The translations under genes were made by a program, and so were the position numbers. Source: Candidatus Krumholzibacteriia bacterium (GTDB taxonomy: Bacteria > Krumholzibacteriota > Krumholzibacteriia > WVZY01). Taken from it: DNA of 63,358 nt. Of this stretch, positions 39,337 to 48,602 are shown piece by piece. How positions within the stretch are numbered: the first letter of the stretch is position 1; every line of letters begins with the position of its first letter. Location of the stretch: the NCBI GenBank assembly GCA_029863805.1, contig JAOTUR010000001.1, positions 1 through 63,358 on the forward strand. Direction: 5' to 3'. Below the pieces are notes generated by a model that saw only the letters and a list, made by a program, of their open reading frames with translations, was not told where the DNA came from and did no database searches.

Positions 39337-40428
39337 ATGTCGTTGGAGCAAGACAACCTGTTTCCAGGACGCTACTGGCACCTGCTGGGCGATGGACGTA
39401 TTCAGTGTGACGTCTGTCCACGGTACTGCAGACTCCGGGAGGGACAGCGGGGTATGTGTTTTGTCCGCGCCCGGGAGAACGACGGCATCGTACTAACGAC
39501 CTACGGGCGCTCAAGCGGCTTTTGTATCGATCCCATTGAAAAAAAGCCACTGAACCATTTCTTGCCTGGCAGTTCGGTACTGTCATTTGGGACCGCCGGA
39601 TGCAACCTAGCGTGCAAATTCTGTCAAAACTGGGATATGAGTAAGTCGCGGGAGATGGATACGCTTGCCGACCAGGCGTCCCCGGAGCAGATCGCGCGCG
39701 CCGCCAGTAAGTTGGGTTGTCGCAGCGTGGCCTTTACGTACAATGATCCGGTCATATTCTTGGAGTATGCAGTCGATGTTGCCAAAGCATGCCGCGCCGT
39801 TGGTATAAAGAGCGTTGCCGTGACCGCCGGGTACATGTGTGAGGAGCCAAGAAAGGAATTCTACCGGCATATGGATGCGGCGAACGTCGATCTCAAGGCT
39901 TTCTCCGAAGGATTCTACAAGAATATTTGCGCAGGAGATCTTGGCAATGTGCTGGACACGCTTTGTTACTTGAAACATGAAACCGATGTCTGGTTTGAAA
40001 TCACGACTCTGCTTATCCCGGGTGAGAACGACTCCGACCAGGAACTCGAATCGCTTACCCAATGGGTCGTTGATAATCTAGGTCATGAGGTTCCCATTCA
40101 CTTTACCGCTTTCCACCCCGATTGGAAGATGATGAATCACCCGTCGACACCTCCGGAGACGCTCACCCGCGCGCGGGACATCGCTGTCAAGAACGGTATT
40201 CACTACGCTTACACGGGCAACGTGCACGATGAGAGAGGTGGAAGTACATATTGCCCCAAATGTGGCAAGCGACTGATCGGACGCGACTGGTACAAGATGA
40301 CGGCCTGGAACATGACCGAGGACGGCCGGTGTGTAGCCTGCGGTGCATCGTGTGCTGGGGTGTTCGATGAACGACCGGGTGACTGGGGTGCCAAACGTGT
40401 CATGGTCCGAATGGCAGAGTTTGCTTAG
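39337..40428 (+). CDS. AmmeMemoRadiSam system radical SAM enzyme
   Basis: 'CDVCPRYCRLREGQRGMCFVR', 'IDPIEKKPLNHF', 'GCNLACKFCQNWDMSKS' (CxxxCxxC) and a C-terminal 'CPKCG...CVACG' are present. Confidence 0.8.
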   Translation: MSLEQDNLFPGRYWHLLGDGRIQCDVCPRYCRLREGQRGMCFVRARENDGIVLTTYGRSSGFCIDPIEKKPLNHFLPGSSVLSFGTAGCNLACKFCQNWDMSKSREMDTLADQASPEQIARAASKLGCRSVAFTYNDPVIFLEYAVDVAKACRAVGIKSVAVTAGYMCEEPRKEFYRHMDAANVDLKAFSEGFYKNICAGDLGNVLDTLCYLKHETDVWFEITTLLIPGENDSDQELESLTQWVVDNLGHEVPIHFTAFHPDWKMMNHPSTPPETLTRARDIAVKNGIHYAYTGNVHDERGGSTYCPKCGKRLIGRDWYKMTAWNMTEDGRCVACGASCAGVFDERPGDWGAKRVMVRMAEFA

Positions 40429-40485
40429 CATCGGCAATGCCGCTGATTTTCTACGCGGACTTCTCTGGGAGTAGACAACCAAGGC

Positions 40486-41115
40486 ATGTTCATCGACCCA
40501 AAACGAGCGACGTACAAAGAACGATACAAGCTAATGACTGGGAGTATCGTTCCGCGTCCCATAGCTTTCGTATCGACTATATCTTCTGATGGCGATCTCA
40601 ATCTTGCGCCGTTTTCATATTTTGCTGCGATCTGCGCCGAACCTCCTACACTTTGTTTTGCTCCCGGCCGACGGTCTTCCGATGGTGAGCGTAAGGATAC
40701 CCTCATTAATATCGAGGCGACGGGAGAGTTCGTTGTCAATACTGTCACCGAAGGTCTCGGGCGCGCGATGGTTGCGACGGCTGCCGAGTACTCGGCGCAA
40801 AGGAACGAGTTCGAGGTAGCTCGTCTGACACCGGTGCCGAGTCATATCGTCAAGCCGCCGCGAGTCAAAGAATCGCCAATCACAATGGAGTGCAAACTTC
40901 ACCAGGTAATCCCCATTGGTTCTGGGGGCGTTGGTGGTGGTGATCTTGTAATCGGCGAAATCGTCATGTTTCACATTGCGGACGAATTGTATGACGAGGG
41001 GCGGATCAACATCCACAAGCTCAAACCCCTCGGGCGTCTCGCGGGCGCCGAATACACAACGCTTGGTAAAATCGTCTCGTTGCAGGTAGATGTCCAACAT
41101 CCAGATAACGGCTGA
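40486..41115 (+). CDS. flavin reductase family protein (FMN-binding split barrel)
   Basis: 'IVPRPIAFVSTISSDGDLNLAPFSYFAAICAEPP' is typical of the flavin reductase-like domain. Confidence 0.8.
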   Translation: MFIDPKRATYKERYKLMTGSIVPRPIAFVSTISSDGDLNLAPFSYFAAICAEPPTLCFAPGRRSSDGERKDTLINIEATGEFVVNTVTEGLGRAMVATAAEYSAQRNEFEVARLTPVPSHIVKPPRVKESPITMECKLHQVIPIGSGGVGGGDLVIGEIVMFHIADELYDEGRINIHKLKPLGRLAGAEYTTLGKIVSLQVDVQHPDNG

Positions 41116-41169
41116 CTCAAGGGACGTAATCCGCAACCGGCGAATGTCCTCTCAGTCACCCGCCAGAAT

Positions 41170-43089
41170 GTGAAGTGGTTCATGTCGCTCTCTTTTCTTC
41201 GAGCCTCCCTCGCCGGTATAGCAATTGGATCGATGATAATGGTAGTTGGCTGTGGCGATGACCACGGGGTTGCGCCGCGGCCCGTGCCGATGCAACAAAA
41301 ATGTATCGATTTCGGTGAGTTTCTTCATCTGACAGGCAGGCTGGAGACTCCGGGTAGTGCGCGGCGTGCGGTACAAAACGGCAATTTTGTCTATGTGGCG
41401 GATGGCCTGTTCGGTTTGCATGTGGTCGATGTAGGCGATCCAGCCACGCCGATGATACTCAAAACCGTAGCGACCAACGGTGCAGCGCTGGACGTGCTGG
41501 CCGTGGACTCACTGCTCTATGTGGCGACTGCAAGCGCTGGCGTTGAAATCTATGACCTGGTGGATGCAAAGGGTCCGTTATTTGTGGGTGGAGTTGCCAC
41601 ACCCGGCCAAGTGCTGGGGATGGCCGTAAAGGACACTCTCCTTTTCATTGCAGACGATGCCTTGGGTTTGCAGGTGATCAATGCCCGTGTTCCGTCGAGT
41701 CCCGCGATCATCGGTGGTGAGAACACGCCGGGTCAGGCTCAGGATGTCGTCGTCTCGGGAGACCATGCGTTTGTATCGGACCTCGTTCTTGGATTTCGGT
41801 CGATCTCGATCTCCAACCCGTCAGCACCGTTTCTGTTGGACACATTAGCGATCCCCGGTCAACCGGGCGGACTCGCCATCGATGGCTCCACGGTCTATGT
41901 CGCGTCCGGAAGCGAAGGTGTGCAAGTGGTCGACGTGAGTCAGCCAGATACACCGATCATCGTGGGCAATGTTCCCATGCCGGGTGGCACACGGGACGTC
42001 GATACGAGTGAAAACCGCGTTTATGCCGCCGATCGTTTTTTGGGTGTGCAGGTTGTCGACATCACCGAACCACAGAACCCGTCGTTACTCATGTCTTTTG
42101 ACACATCGGGTGAAGCCATAGGCGTAAACGTCTTTGGCGATTTGCTGTACGTTTCGAACCCTGGGGTTGGTTTTGGTGGCAGTGTGGATGTTGTCGATGT
42201 CTCAAACCCCGATCCGGTACCCATCTTGTCGACTGAGGATACGCCAGGCCCGGCGCAGGGTGCGTTTTTGGTCGGTGAGGCGCTGTATGTATGTGATGGG
42301 GTATCGGGTGTCCAAGTTTTCGATGTCTCGAACGCGGAAGCACCGAGAGTCGCTGCAAATATTCCCCTGGCCGGCGCACGACATCTGGCCGCGCACGGCG
42401 GCTTGGCTTACGTGGCCATGGACGTGGATGGAGTGGGTATGATCGACGTGAGCGATCCATTTACGCCCACGGTTTTGCCAGCGGTGTTTCCGCCGGCGGA
42501 GAGAGTAGCTGCCCAGGACAGCCTGGTTTATCTTGCCAGGGGCGCCGCCGGTTTGTCCGTATTCCGGGTGGGGCCGGCGAAGGATCCTGAGTTGTTTTTA
42601 AACGTTGAGTCACCTTTTGCCGGCAGGGCTCATGACGTGGTCGCGTCGACATCACACGCCTTTGTAGCCTGGGGTAACGCGGGTCTGCGAGTCATCGACC
42701 CCACGGGAATGCAGGTCGTTGGCATAAGTGCCACGTCGGGCGTGGCTAGGGGCATCGCTCTTGCCGATCACTATTTGCTGGTGGCGGTTGGATCGGCGGG
42801 CCTCGAGATCTTTGACGTACAAAGTCCGACGGCTCCTGTGCACATCACCCGTGTTGATACCCCCGGGTTTGCTTCGTTTGTCTTTGCCAGAGGACAGCTA
42901 GCCTACGTGGCGGACGGATCGGGCGGTGTTCACGCTGTGGGCATCGGTGACCCAGCGACTGCAACACTGGTCGGTTCGTTTGGTGCCAGTAGTACAGTGC
43001 TGGGCGTGACGGCGGACGAGTTTTTTATGTATGCCGTGGATAGGGACGATGGTTTGTTCATCACGCGAGCTCAGTGCGAAGGGAACTAG
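41170..43089 (+). CDS. LVIVD-repeat beta-propeller lipoprotein
   Basis: The lipobox is 'MVVGC'. About 13-14 units of roughly 45 aa carry the LVIVD-type core (GLHVVDVGDPATP, GVEIYDLVDAKGP, GLQVINARVPSSP, GVQVVDVSQPDTP, ...). Confidence 0.75.
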   Translation: MKWFMSLSFLRASLAGIAIGSMIMVVGCGDDHGVAPRPVPMQQKCIDFGEFLHLTGRLETPGSARRAVQNGNFVYVADGLFGLHVVDVGDPATPMILKTVATNGAALDVLAVDSLLYVATASAGVEIYDLVDAKGPLFVGGVATPGQVLGMAVKDTLLFIADDALGLQVINARVPSSPAIIGGENTPGQAQDVVVSGDHAFVSDLVLGFRSISISNPSAPFLLDTLAIPGQPGGLAIDGSTVYVASGSEGVQVVDVSQPDTPIIVGNVPMPGGTRDVDTSENRVYAADRFLGVQVVDITEPQNPSLLMSFDTSGEAIGVNVFGDLLYVSNPGVGFGGSVDVVDVSNPDPVPILSTEDTPGPAQGAFLVGEALYVCDGVSGVQVFDVSNAEAPRVAANIPLAGARHLAAHGGLAYVAMDVDGVGMIDVSDPFTPTVLPAVFPPAERVAAQDSLVYLARGAAGLSVFRVGPAKDPELFLNVESPFAGRAHDVVASTSHAFVAWGNAGLRVIDPTGMQVVGISATSGVARGIALADHYLLVAVGSAGLEIFDVQSPTAPVHITRVDTPGFASFVFARGQLAYVADGSGGVHAVGIGDPATATLVGSFGASSTVLGVTADEFFMYAVDRDDGLFITRAQCEGN

Positions 43090-43122
43090 CCGTCCTCGTT
43101 CACGACAACTTGTGAAGTAATA

Positions 43123-44313
43123 TTGGAACCAGAACAGTTATACCGATCCCCGAATGCCCTGGCCCGGTACTATAGTGGGTTTCGTGTGCACGAACGGCTT
43201 TTGCTCACCGGCCACTCGCATCAGGCGTGGCCCGATTGCGGATTCGACGGGCAGAGACAGGCGTGGAGCGATGCGGCGGAGTTTGTCGATGACAAGTGGC
43301 GGCGGGCTTTTGACAAGGCAGATAGGGTACGGCGTGGGTATGCCCGCTTGTTGGGTGGCGACAACGGTTTTATTGCGCTTGCCTCGAATACGCACGACCT
43401 GGTGGTTCGCTTTCTCTCTGCTTTACCGCTGCACGAGAGGCCCCGTATCGTGACGACGGATGGCGAATACCACTCGATCAGGCGACAGATCGATCGTCTG
43501 GCCGAGGAGAAAATAGAGGTTGTCAAAGTCGCGGCCCATCCTGTCAGCACCGTGGCCGAGAGACTGGCCGGCGCGGTCGATACACGAACCTCAGCTGTCA
43601 TGGTTTCCTCGGTTTTTTACCAGAATGGGCACAGGGTATCGCATCTTGGTGATGTGCTCGATGCGTGCCTCAAGGCGGGGGCGGAGCTCCTCGTTGATGC
43701 ATACCATTCGCTCAATGTCATGCCGTTTTCGCTCGAACGACAGCGACTCGAGCGCGCTTTTGTTATCGGGGGTGGTTACAAGTATTGTCAGTTGGGGGAG
43801 GGCAACTGTTTTCTTCGTTTTCCGTCAGACTGCAGGATGCGCCCCCTGGTGACGGGTTGGTTTAGCGAATTCGAAGCGTTAGCTCACGCAAAGATCAGCG
43901 ATCGAGTTGTATACGGTCAGGGTGAGGACCTGTTCGCGGGGTCGACGTATGATCCTACGAGTCATTATCGTGCTGCCGCCGTCTTCGACTTTTTCGAAAA
44001 GTACAATCTGACACCCGGCTTTTTGCGTGAGGTTAGCCAGCACCAGATCGGATTGTTGGTCGAGCTTTTTGACCAGCTCGACGCCGATCCAAGTGTGATA
44101 ACACGCGACCGTGTGGTTGAGATAAGCGATGTAGGTGGTTTCTTGGCCTTGTACTCGCCACACGCCGACAGCGTTCATCGGTTGCTGCGAGAACGCGGCG
44201 TGTTTACCGACTATCGGGCACAAATTCTGCGTATCGGTCCCGCACCATACCTGTCGGATTCACAGTTGACCGAGGTGATGACCAAGTTGGGGCAAACCAT
44301 CAATACCTTGTAG
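43123..44313 (+). CDS. PLP-dependent aminotransferase class V-fold protein, kynureninase-like
   Basis: 'GGGYKYCQLGEGNCFLR' resembles the kynureninase PLP-Lys region 'YKYLNGGPG', and 'ILRIGPAPYLSDSQL' resembles its C-terminal 'RvaPvPLYnsf' motif. The substrate is unknown. Confidence 0.55.
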   Translation: MEPEQLYRSPNALARYYSGFRVHERLLLTGHSHQAWPDCGFDGQRQAWSDAAEFVDDKWRRAFDKADRVRRGYARLLGGDNGFIALASNTHDLVVRFLSALPLHERPRIVTTDGEYHSIRRQIDRLAEEKIEVVKVAAHPVSTVAERLAGAVDTRTSAVMVSSVFYQNGHRVSHLGDVLDACLKAGAELLVDAYHSLNVMPFSLERQRLERAFVIGGGYKYCQLGEGNCFLRFPSDCRMRPLVTGWFSEFEALAHAKISDRVVYGQGEDLFAGSTYDPTSHYRAAAVFDFFEKYNLTPGFLREVSQHQIGLLVELFDQLDADPSVITRDRVVEISDVGGFLALYSPHADSVHRLLRERGVFTDYRAQILRIGPAPYLSDSQLTEVMTKLGQTINTL

Positions 44314-44373
44314 TCGACACTCGTTCACGATTCAGACCGACGCCGGAGTTCAGCCACCAAGGAGAGTGTTCAT

Positions 44374-44646
44374 ATGTGCAGAAACATAGTCAAACTGCGC
44401 CGTCCCGAGGGCGAACCGACGGATCAGGAGCTTCACGACGCGGCGTTGCAGTTCGTCCGCAAGATAAGCGGCTACCGAGTGCCGTCCCAGACCAACAGGC
44501 AAGTTTTTGACACAGCGGTTGCAGACATCACGTCGGCTTGCCGAGTTTTGTTTGATAAGCTCGCGGTAACTAGAAAAACCGACGCACGTGGTCTGTCAGC
44601 TCCCCGGGTGGTGAAGCAGGACCCGTCGGATAAAGGGTTTGCTTGA
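44374..44646 (+). CDS. DUF2277 family protein
   Basis: 'MCRNIVKLRRPEGEPTDQELHDAALQFVRKISGYRVPSQTN' matches the DUF2277 N-terminal consensus. Confidence 0.8.
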   Translation: MCRNIVKLRRPEGEPTDQELHDAALQFVRKISGYRVPSQTNRQVFDTAVADITSACRVLFDKLAVTRKTDARGLSAPRVVKQDPSDKGFA

Positions 44647-44663
44647 GGTGACCTTGACGTGGT

Positions 44664-45896
44664 CTAGAATTCGTGCAAAAGAGTCTCCGGAAAGAAAGCG
44701 GCCCAAGCGTACCAAAACGATCGGTAAGCGAGCATCTGCGGGAGCCGCTCGCCCTTGAGAGGGCCTCCTACCGCGATACCATCGAATGTCCACAGTGAAC
44801 CGGTCTCCTCGTCTTCATACAGGGGCAGACCATGGCCTTCACGCCCCATAAAAGAGAAGGTCAGCAATTGCCCGTCGATCACAGGTTCGAATGCAACTGT
44901 TCCACCGCGGTCGCTAAAAAGCACGACGTCGACACCCCCGACTTGGTCGTTGAGAACCATCCCCGTTAAACCAGCCAGTGGGTAGGCTTTTGCCTCCGCA
45001 GGAGTATATACGCCATAAACGAGGGTTTTCTTGCGTAGCCGGCTGTCCAGCGACGATACCGGGAAGCAAAGACCGTTTACGCACAATTCATCATTAAGCC
45101 AAAACTCTTTGTAAGGGTGGTTAAAAAGGTCGTAACCACCGGGAGGAGGAGGGAAGCCGGTGTTCTCGGTCAGCACCTCAGCATTCGGATAGAGCCGCGA
45201 GAACACGCTCCACGGCAAGTCGATGTTAACCCGCTCGATTTCCAGGCAATCATCGATAAGCCCACCCCCGTACATCTGGACGTACAAGGCATCAGTGGTC
45301 CCCGCGGTTCCACGTCGGTAAACAATGAGGTTGCCGTTGTAGAGCCCAGCCGAGACTCCGTAACTCTGGCCCTTTGGCTTACCACAGGAGAACTCTGGGC
45401 GGATGAAATGCAAGGCGACATCAACAATGGGGCAGTAGGTGATGGAGGAAAACACTTGCCTGCCACCTGAGAGGTTCCAGCAGATGTTTACGACTTCATG
45501 GTACATCAATATACGAATAGGGAAACCGCGAACCTGGCCTTCCATCTCAACTGCAACCACGCGCTCGAAATCGACCAGAGGACTGTTTTTAACAGTCGCG
45601 AATTCCGGGTTGTCGATCGCAGGAATACAATCCGGGACCGGACAGCCCAAGGTGACGTTGGGGTTGTCGACGCCCTCAGGCACGATGCCCAACGGACATG
45701 GGACCTGAAAGCTCAAAGACGGATTGGGCGGTCTGTTCGTGGCCACAAACCCGTTGGGAAGCGTGGAATCACCGCCGACGGTCGTACCCGGAATGTCCAC
45801 CGAGGTATCGCTACATCCGGCGGACAAAGCAAATAACAGCAAAGCGAGCACTACGGGGATGCGGAGACTCGGGCTCAAACTAGCCAATGGACGCAT
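44664..45896 (-). CDS. DUF3179 domain-containing probable lipoprotein (Cys form)
   Basis: The signal/lipobox is '…LFALSAGC'. 'CIPAIDNPEF', 'YHEVVN', 'ITYCPI' and the C-terminal 'FWYAWAAFFPETLL' are DUF3179 hallmarks. A GAAGGAG RBS is present. Confidence 0.75.
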   Translation of the reverse strand: MRPLASLSPSLRIPVVLALLLFALSAGCSDTSVDIPGTTVGGDSTLPNGFVATNRPPNPSLSFQVPCPLGIVPEGVDNPNVTLGCPVPDCIPAIDNPEFATVKNSPLVDFERVVAVEMEGQVRGFPIRILMYHEVVNICWNLSGGRQVFSSITYCPIVDVALHFIRPEFSCGKPKGQSYGVSAGLYNGNLIVYRRGTAGTTDALYVQMYGGGLIDDCLEIERVNIDLPWSVFSRLYPNAEVLTENTGFPPPPGGYDLFNHPYKEFWLNDELCVNGLCFPVSSLDSRLRKKTLVYGVYTPAEAKAYPLAGLTGMVLNDQVGGVDVVLFSDRGGTVAFEPVIDGQLLTFSFMGREGHGLPLYEDEETGSLWTFDGIAVGGPLKGERLPQMLAYRSFWYAWAAFFPETLLHEF

Positions 45897-46269
45897 GACG
45901 GACTCCTTCGGCGGATCGATATCGGTTCGGGGTGGTTTCTCATGTGACTGGATCGTGTGATCATCGCCGTCCCCTTAACGTGGGGCAGGAGCACTGAGCC
46001 GCCGGTAGCGACAGGAGGTGCGCTAGGAGGCTCCGGATAGCAAAAGGTTTTGGCTGACTGTATTGGGTTTGGTCGGTCCACCTGCTCGCAACTTACAAAG
46101 ATCGGTCATCTAAATACCAAATCCCCGGGCCGTGCGGCGGGTGCGTGAGTCAGTAAGGGCATATTTGTCCATAGTTTACAAGGATCCCCCCATAATGTCT
46201 GCGTCGGTGTGCGGTTACACAGACAAGACCCACCGGGCCGGCTCGCCCGCATCCGGCGGCATGCGGCCG

Positions 46270-47163
46270 TTAGCGCGTGACCACGGCACTGAGGGCGTAA
46301 GTCGTTTGCGCCAAGGTATTCTTGCCCACCAGCACGTGAAAGAGCTCAAATCCAATAGAGAATCTTTCGGTTAGCGAATAGCTAGAGACTGGATTCAACT
46401 TGAGCCAGTCTTGGTCTCCGACGATCGCGTTGTTAGTCGGGGAAGACAGGTCGGGCGGGTTCTTCGTGTTTTCCACTCCGTCCAGCCGAAGTTTTAGAAA
46501 AACCGGCCCGAGCGTGTAGCCACTCTCCACGTTGTAGACGACCTCGTCGTTAAGGCGCCCGCCACGGAGACGGTAGCCGATGCCCGCACTGATGTACCCG
46601 GTGAGGGGGTAAAGGCTCTTGCCCACGTAGACATGGATCTCGCCGTCCACATGGGCTGTGCCCAGCGGTGGCAGTGGCTGTCCGTTTTCCACCGGGTTTT
46701 CTTCGTACCCCAAAGGGATTTTTACACCCGCCTGCGCGGATAGCGCGATCGGCTCGAGAAGGATCTGCCCTCGCAACGATGTCCACAGATCGGCCACCCC
46801 CCCCAGCGTGCGCGTCACTCGAACCGGTGGAAGGCCTGGCCCGATGATTTGGGTTTCTCTGGTGGTGAGGATCTTGAGCGGAGCGGTGGCGACAATCGTG
46901 TATCGATCCGTGAGTCCGTACTCCACGTAGCCCGTATACGATACATCGCGAAACCACGCCCCTGTCACCGATAATCGACTCGCAAAGATCTCCTGTCTGT
47001 CACCCTGGAAGTCCAACTCCTCGGTCGCGAACAGATAGCTAGTGAAGAACTTGCCATAGTAATCGCCTCTGGCCTGAGTCCAGGCTTGGGCTGCGGTATC
47101 GCCGGCGAGTACGGGCGAAAGCGAAAGCCCAATTATCACGGCCAATATTCGGACACGGCGCAT
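46270..47163 (-). CDS. putative outer-membrane beta-barrel protein
   Basis: There is a signal peptide (…VLAGDTAAQA) followed by alternating-hydrophobicity strands rich in Y/G/T/R. No family is recognised. Confidence 0.45.
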   Translation of the reverse strand: MRRVRILAVIIGLSLSPVLAGDTAAQAWTQARGDYYGKFFTSYLFATEELDFQGDRQEIFASRLSVTGAWFRDVSYTGYVEYGLTDRYTIVATAPLKILTTRETQIIGPGLPPVRVTRTLGGVADLWTSLRGQILLEPIALSAQAGVKIPLGYEENPVENGQPLPPLGTAHVDGEIHVYVGKSLYPLTGYISAGIGYRLRGGRLNDEVVYNVESGYTLGPVFLKLRLDGVENTKNPPDLSSPTNNAIVGDQDWLKLNPVSSYSLTERFSIGFELFHVLVGKNTLAQTTYALSAVVTR

Positions 47164-47530
47164 GTGGTGATCCTCAACCCAAGTATCGTATTGGTGTTTG
47201 CAATTCCGGGTGGGCAGGCGGAAAAGCGTGCCTCTGGTACTCAGCGGGTATTAACGCTCCCCATTGGATCTAACCCCATCCAATCAACTCAATGTTACGC
47301 ACTCACCGTTGTTTTGTGAAGCAAAAAACCATCGAGTGACATCGGTGTCTCGCCGCTCCTGGCCTCCGTTACTCGTGCAACGGAGCGCCGTTCTCATAAC
47401 ACGACAAGACGTTGGCACGACGGTGCCGGGTTCGATTCGATGGCATGTTGGTTGGCCGCCGCTGGTCTACGTTGCCTCAAGAGGCTGTGCCTGTTATATT
47501 GCGCAGTACTTGCCCCGGAAAGGAGATCGC

Positions 47531-48592
47531 TTGCAGGCCAATCACTCACAAGAGTCGCGCATAGCATTTGTTGTCGTGTTATTCATGTGGGGTAATCTCG
47601 GGACATCTGTGGTCTCCATTGCCCACGCACAATCGGAATCCGCTCCGCCGGGCGTGCAACTCTTGCTTCCCAGGGGCGGAATCCCAGCCATCTTTGCACC
47701 GGAGTTTGTCTCTGCCGAAGCGGCGAGAATCGCTGATGACGCATGGATACTGGGTGTTGTCATCGATGGTGAAGCGCACGCGTACAGTCTAAACCTCTTG
47801 AATTCTCACGAGATCGTGAACGATAGCTTTGGCGAACTTCCGGTCGCGGCGGTCTGGTGACCACTAGCCAATACGGGCGTCGTGTACGACCGTCGTTACC
47901 ATGGCAAGGTGCTGGCGTTTGAAGCTTCCGGTGGACTGTTGAACGCAGCGCTCGTCATGCGCGACCGCGAAACAGATAGCTGGTGGTCGATCATGACCGG
48001 TGATGCGATTGGAGGCGAGCTGGATGGAACGCGCCTAAAAGAGCTGACCGTCGGTGAAAAAGCTCAGTGGCGCGACTGGAAACGTCGCTACCCCCGCACA
48101 AAGGTGCTTTCGGTAAAGGGCAAGCAGCATGTCGATCAGGACCCGTACGAGAGTTACTACTCGAGCAAGGATGGTTTCCGTGGTCTCTCGACACCGGATA
48201 CCCGATTGCAGAACAAGGAGGCGGTGTACGCGTTTCAGATGAACGGCATCGCGTATGCGGTCCCACATTCGGCAATCGAGGGGGGAAAGGTGTTCGATGT
48301 TGGACATACCACGGAGGTGTTTCTCTACCGAGAATCGGGATCCGACATGCTCGCATCTACCATTGCCTATGTTTCTGAGAAGGGGGGAGAATCGAGCCGA
48401 TTTGACAAAAGGAAGGGTCGATGGCGAGACTTGCTGACGGGATCCGAGTTTTCCAAAGACATCGGATTTCGGGCACAACAGGTGGACCAGCAAGCCGATG
48501 AGTCCGTTCAGCAGTTGCAGAGGCTCGACGGCTTCGACACATTTTGGTACACCTGGTCGACAACTCACCAGGGGGTGACGATAATAGAGTAA
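47531..48592 (+). CDS. secreted DUF3179 protein with a single in-frame TGA at 47858-47860 (candidate selenocysteine codon, or otherwise a nonsense pseudogene)
   Basis: Track ORFs 47264..47860 and 47882..48592 are in the same frame and are separated only by one TGA. Joined, the sequence reads '...GIPAIFAPEF...SHEIVNDSFGELPVAAVW[TGA]PLANTGVVYDRR...FDTFWYTWSTTHQ'. The TGA aligns with the Cys of 'ITYCPI' in the paralog at 44664..45896. The proposed start is TTG 47531, behind AAGGAGA, and gives the signal peptide '...SIAHA/QS'. Confidence 0.7.
47855..47901 (+). promoter_or_regulatory. candidate bacterial SECIS-like hairpin spanning and following the TGA
   Basis: The lower stem is UGGUGAC (47855-61) with GUUACCA (47895-901). 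The upper stem is 47876-82 with 47887-94, 7 bp with one bulged C and one G.U. The apical loop is UGUA (47883-86) and starts 22 nt after the UGA. It was folded by eye only and is modest in stability. Confidence 0.25.
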
Positions 48593-48602
48593 AGGTGTGC
48601 AG

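Noticed and set aside
47428-47440. 'GGGTTCGATTCGA' looks like a tRNA T-loop.
   Set aside because: The flanking bases cannot form a T-stem, and no acceptor or anticodon arms can be drawn. It lies in the 5' region of the DUF3179 gene.
47264-47530. The N-terminal 89 codons of track ORF 47264..47860.
   Set aside because: This part has no protein-like features (MDLTPSNQLNVTHSPLFCEAKNHRV...). A TTG at 47531 preceded by AAGGAGA gives a normal signal peptide directly followed by the DUF3179 domain.
47858-47860. The TGA might be read as Trp or Gly under an alternative genetic code (table 4 or 25).
   Set aside because: Many well-supported genes in the window terminate at TGA at the expected C-terminus (for example dodecin at 2310-2312, egtB, aroK/B and aroC). 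TGA is therefore a normal stop here, and only this one codon would need recoding.
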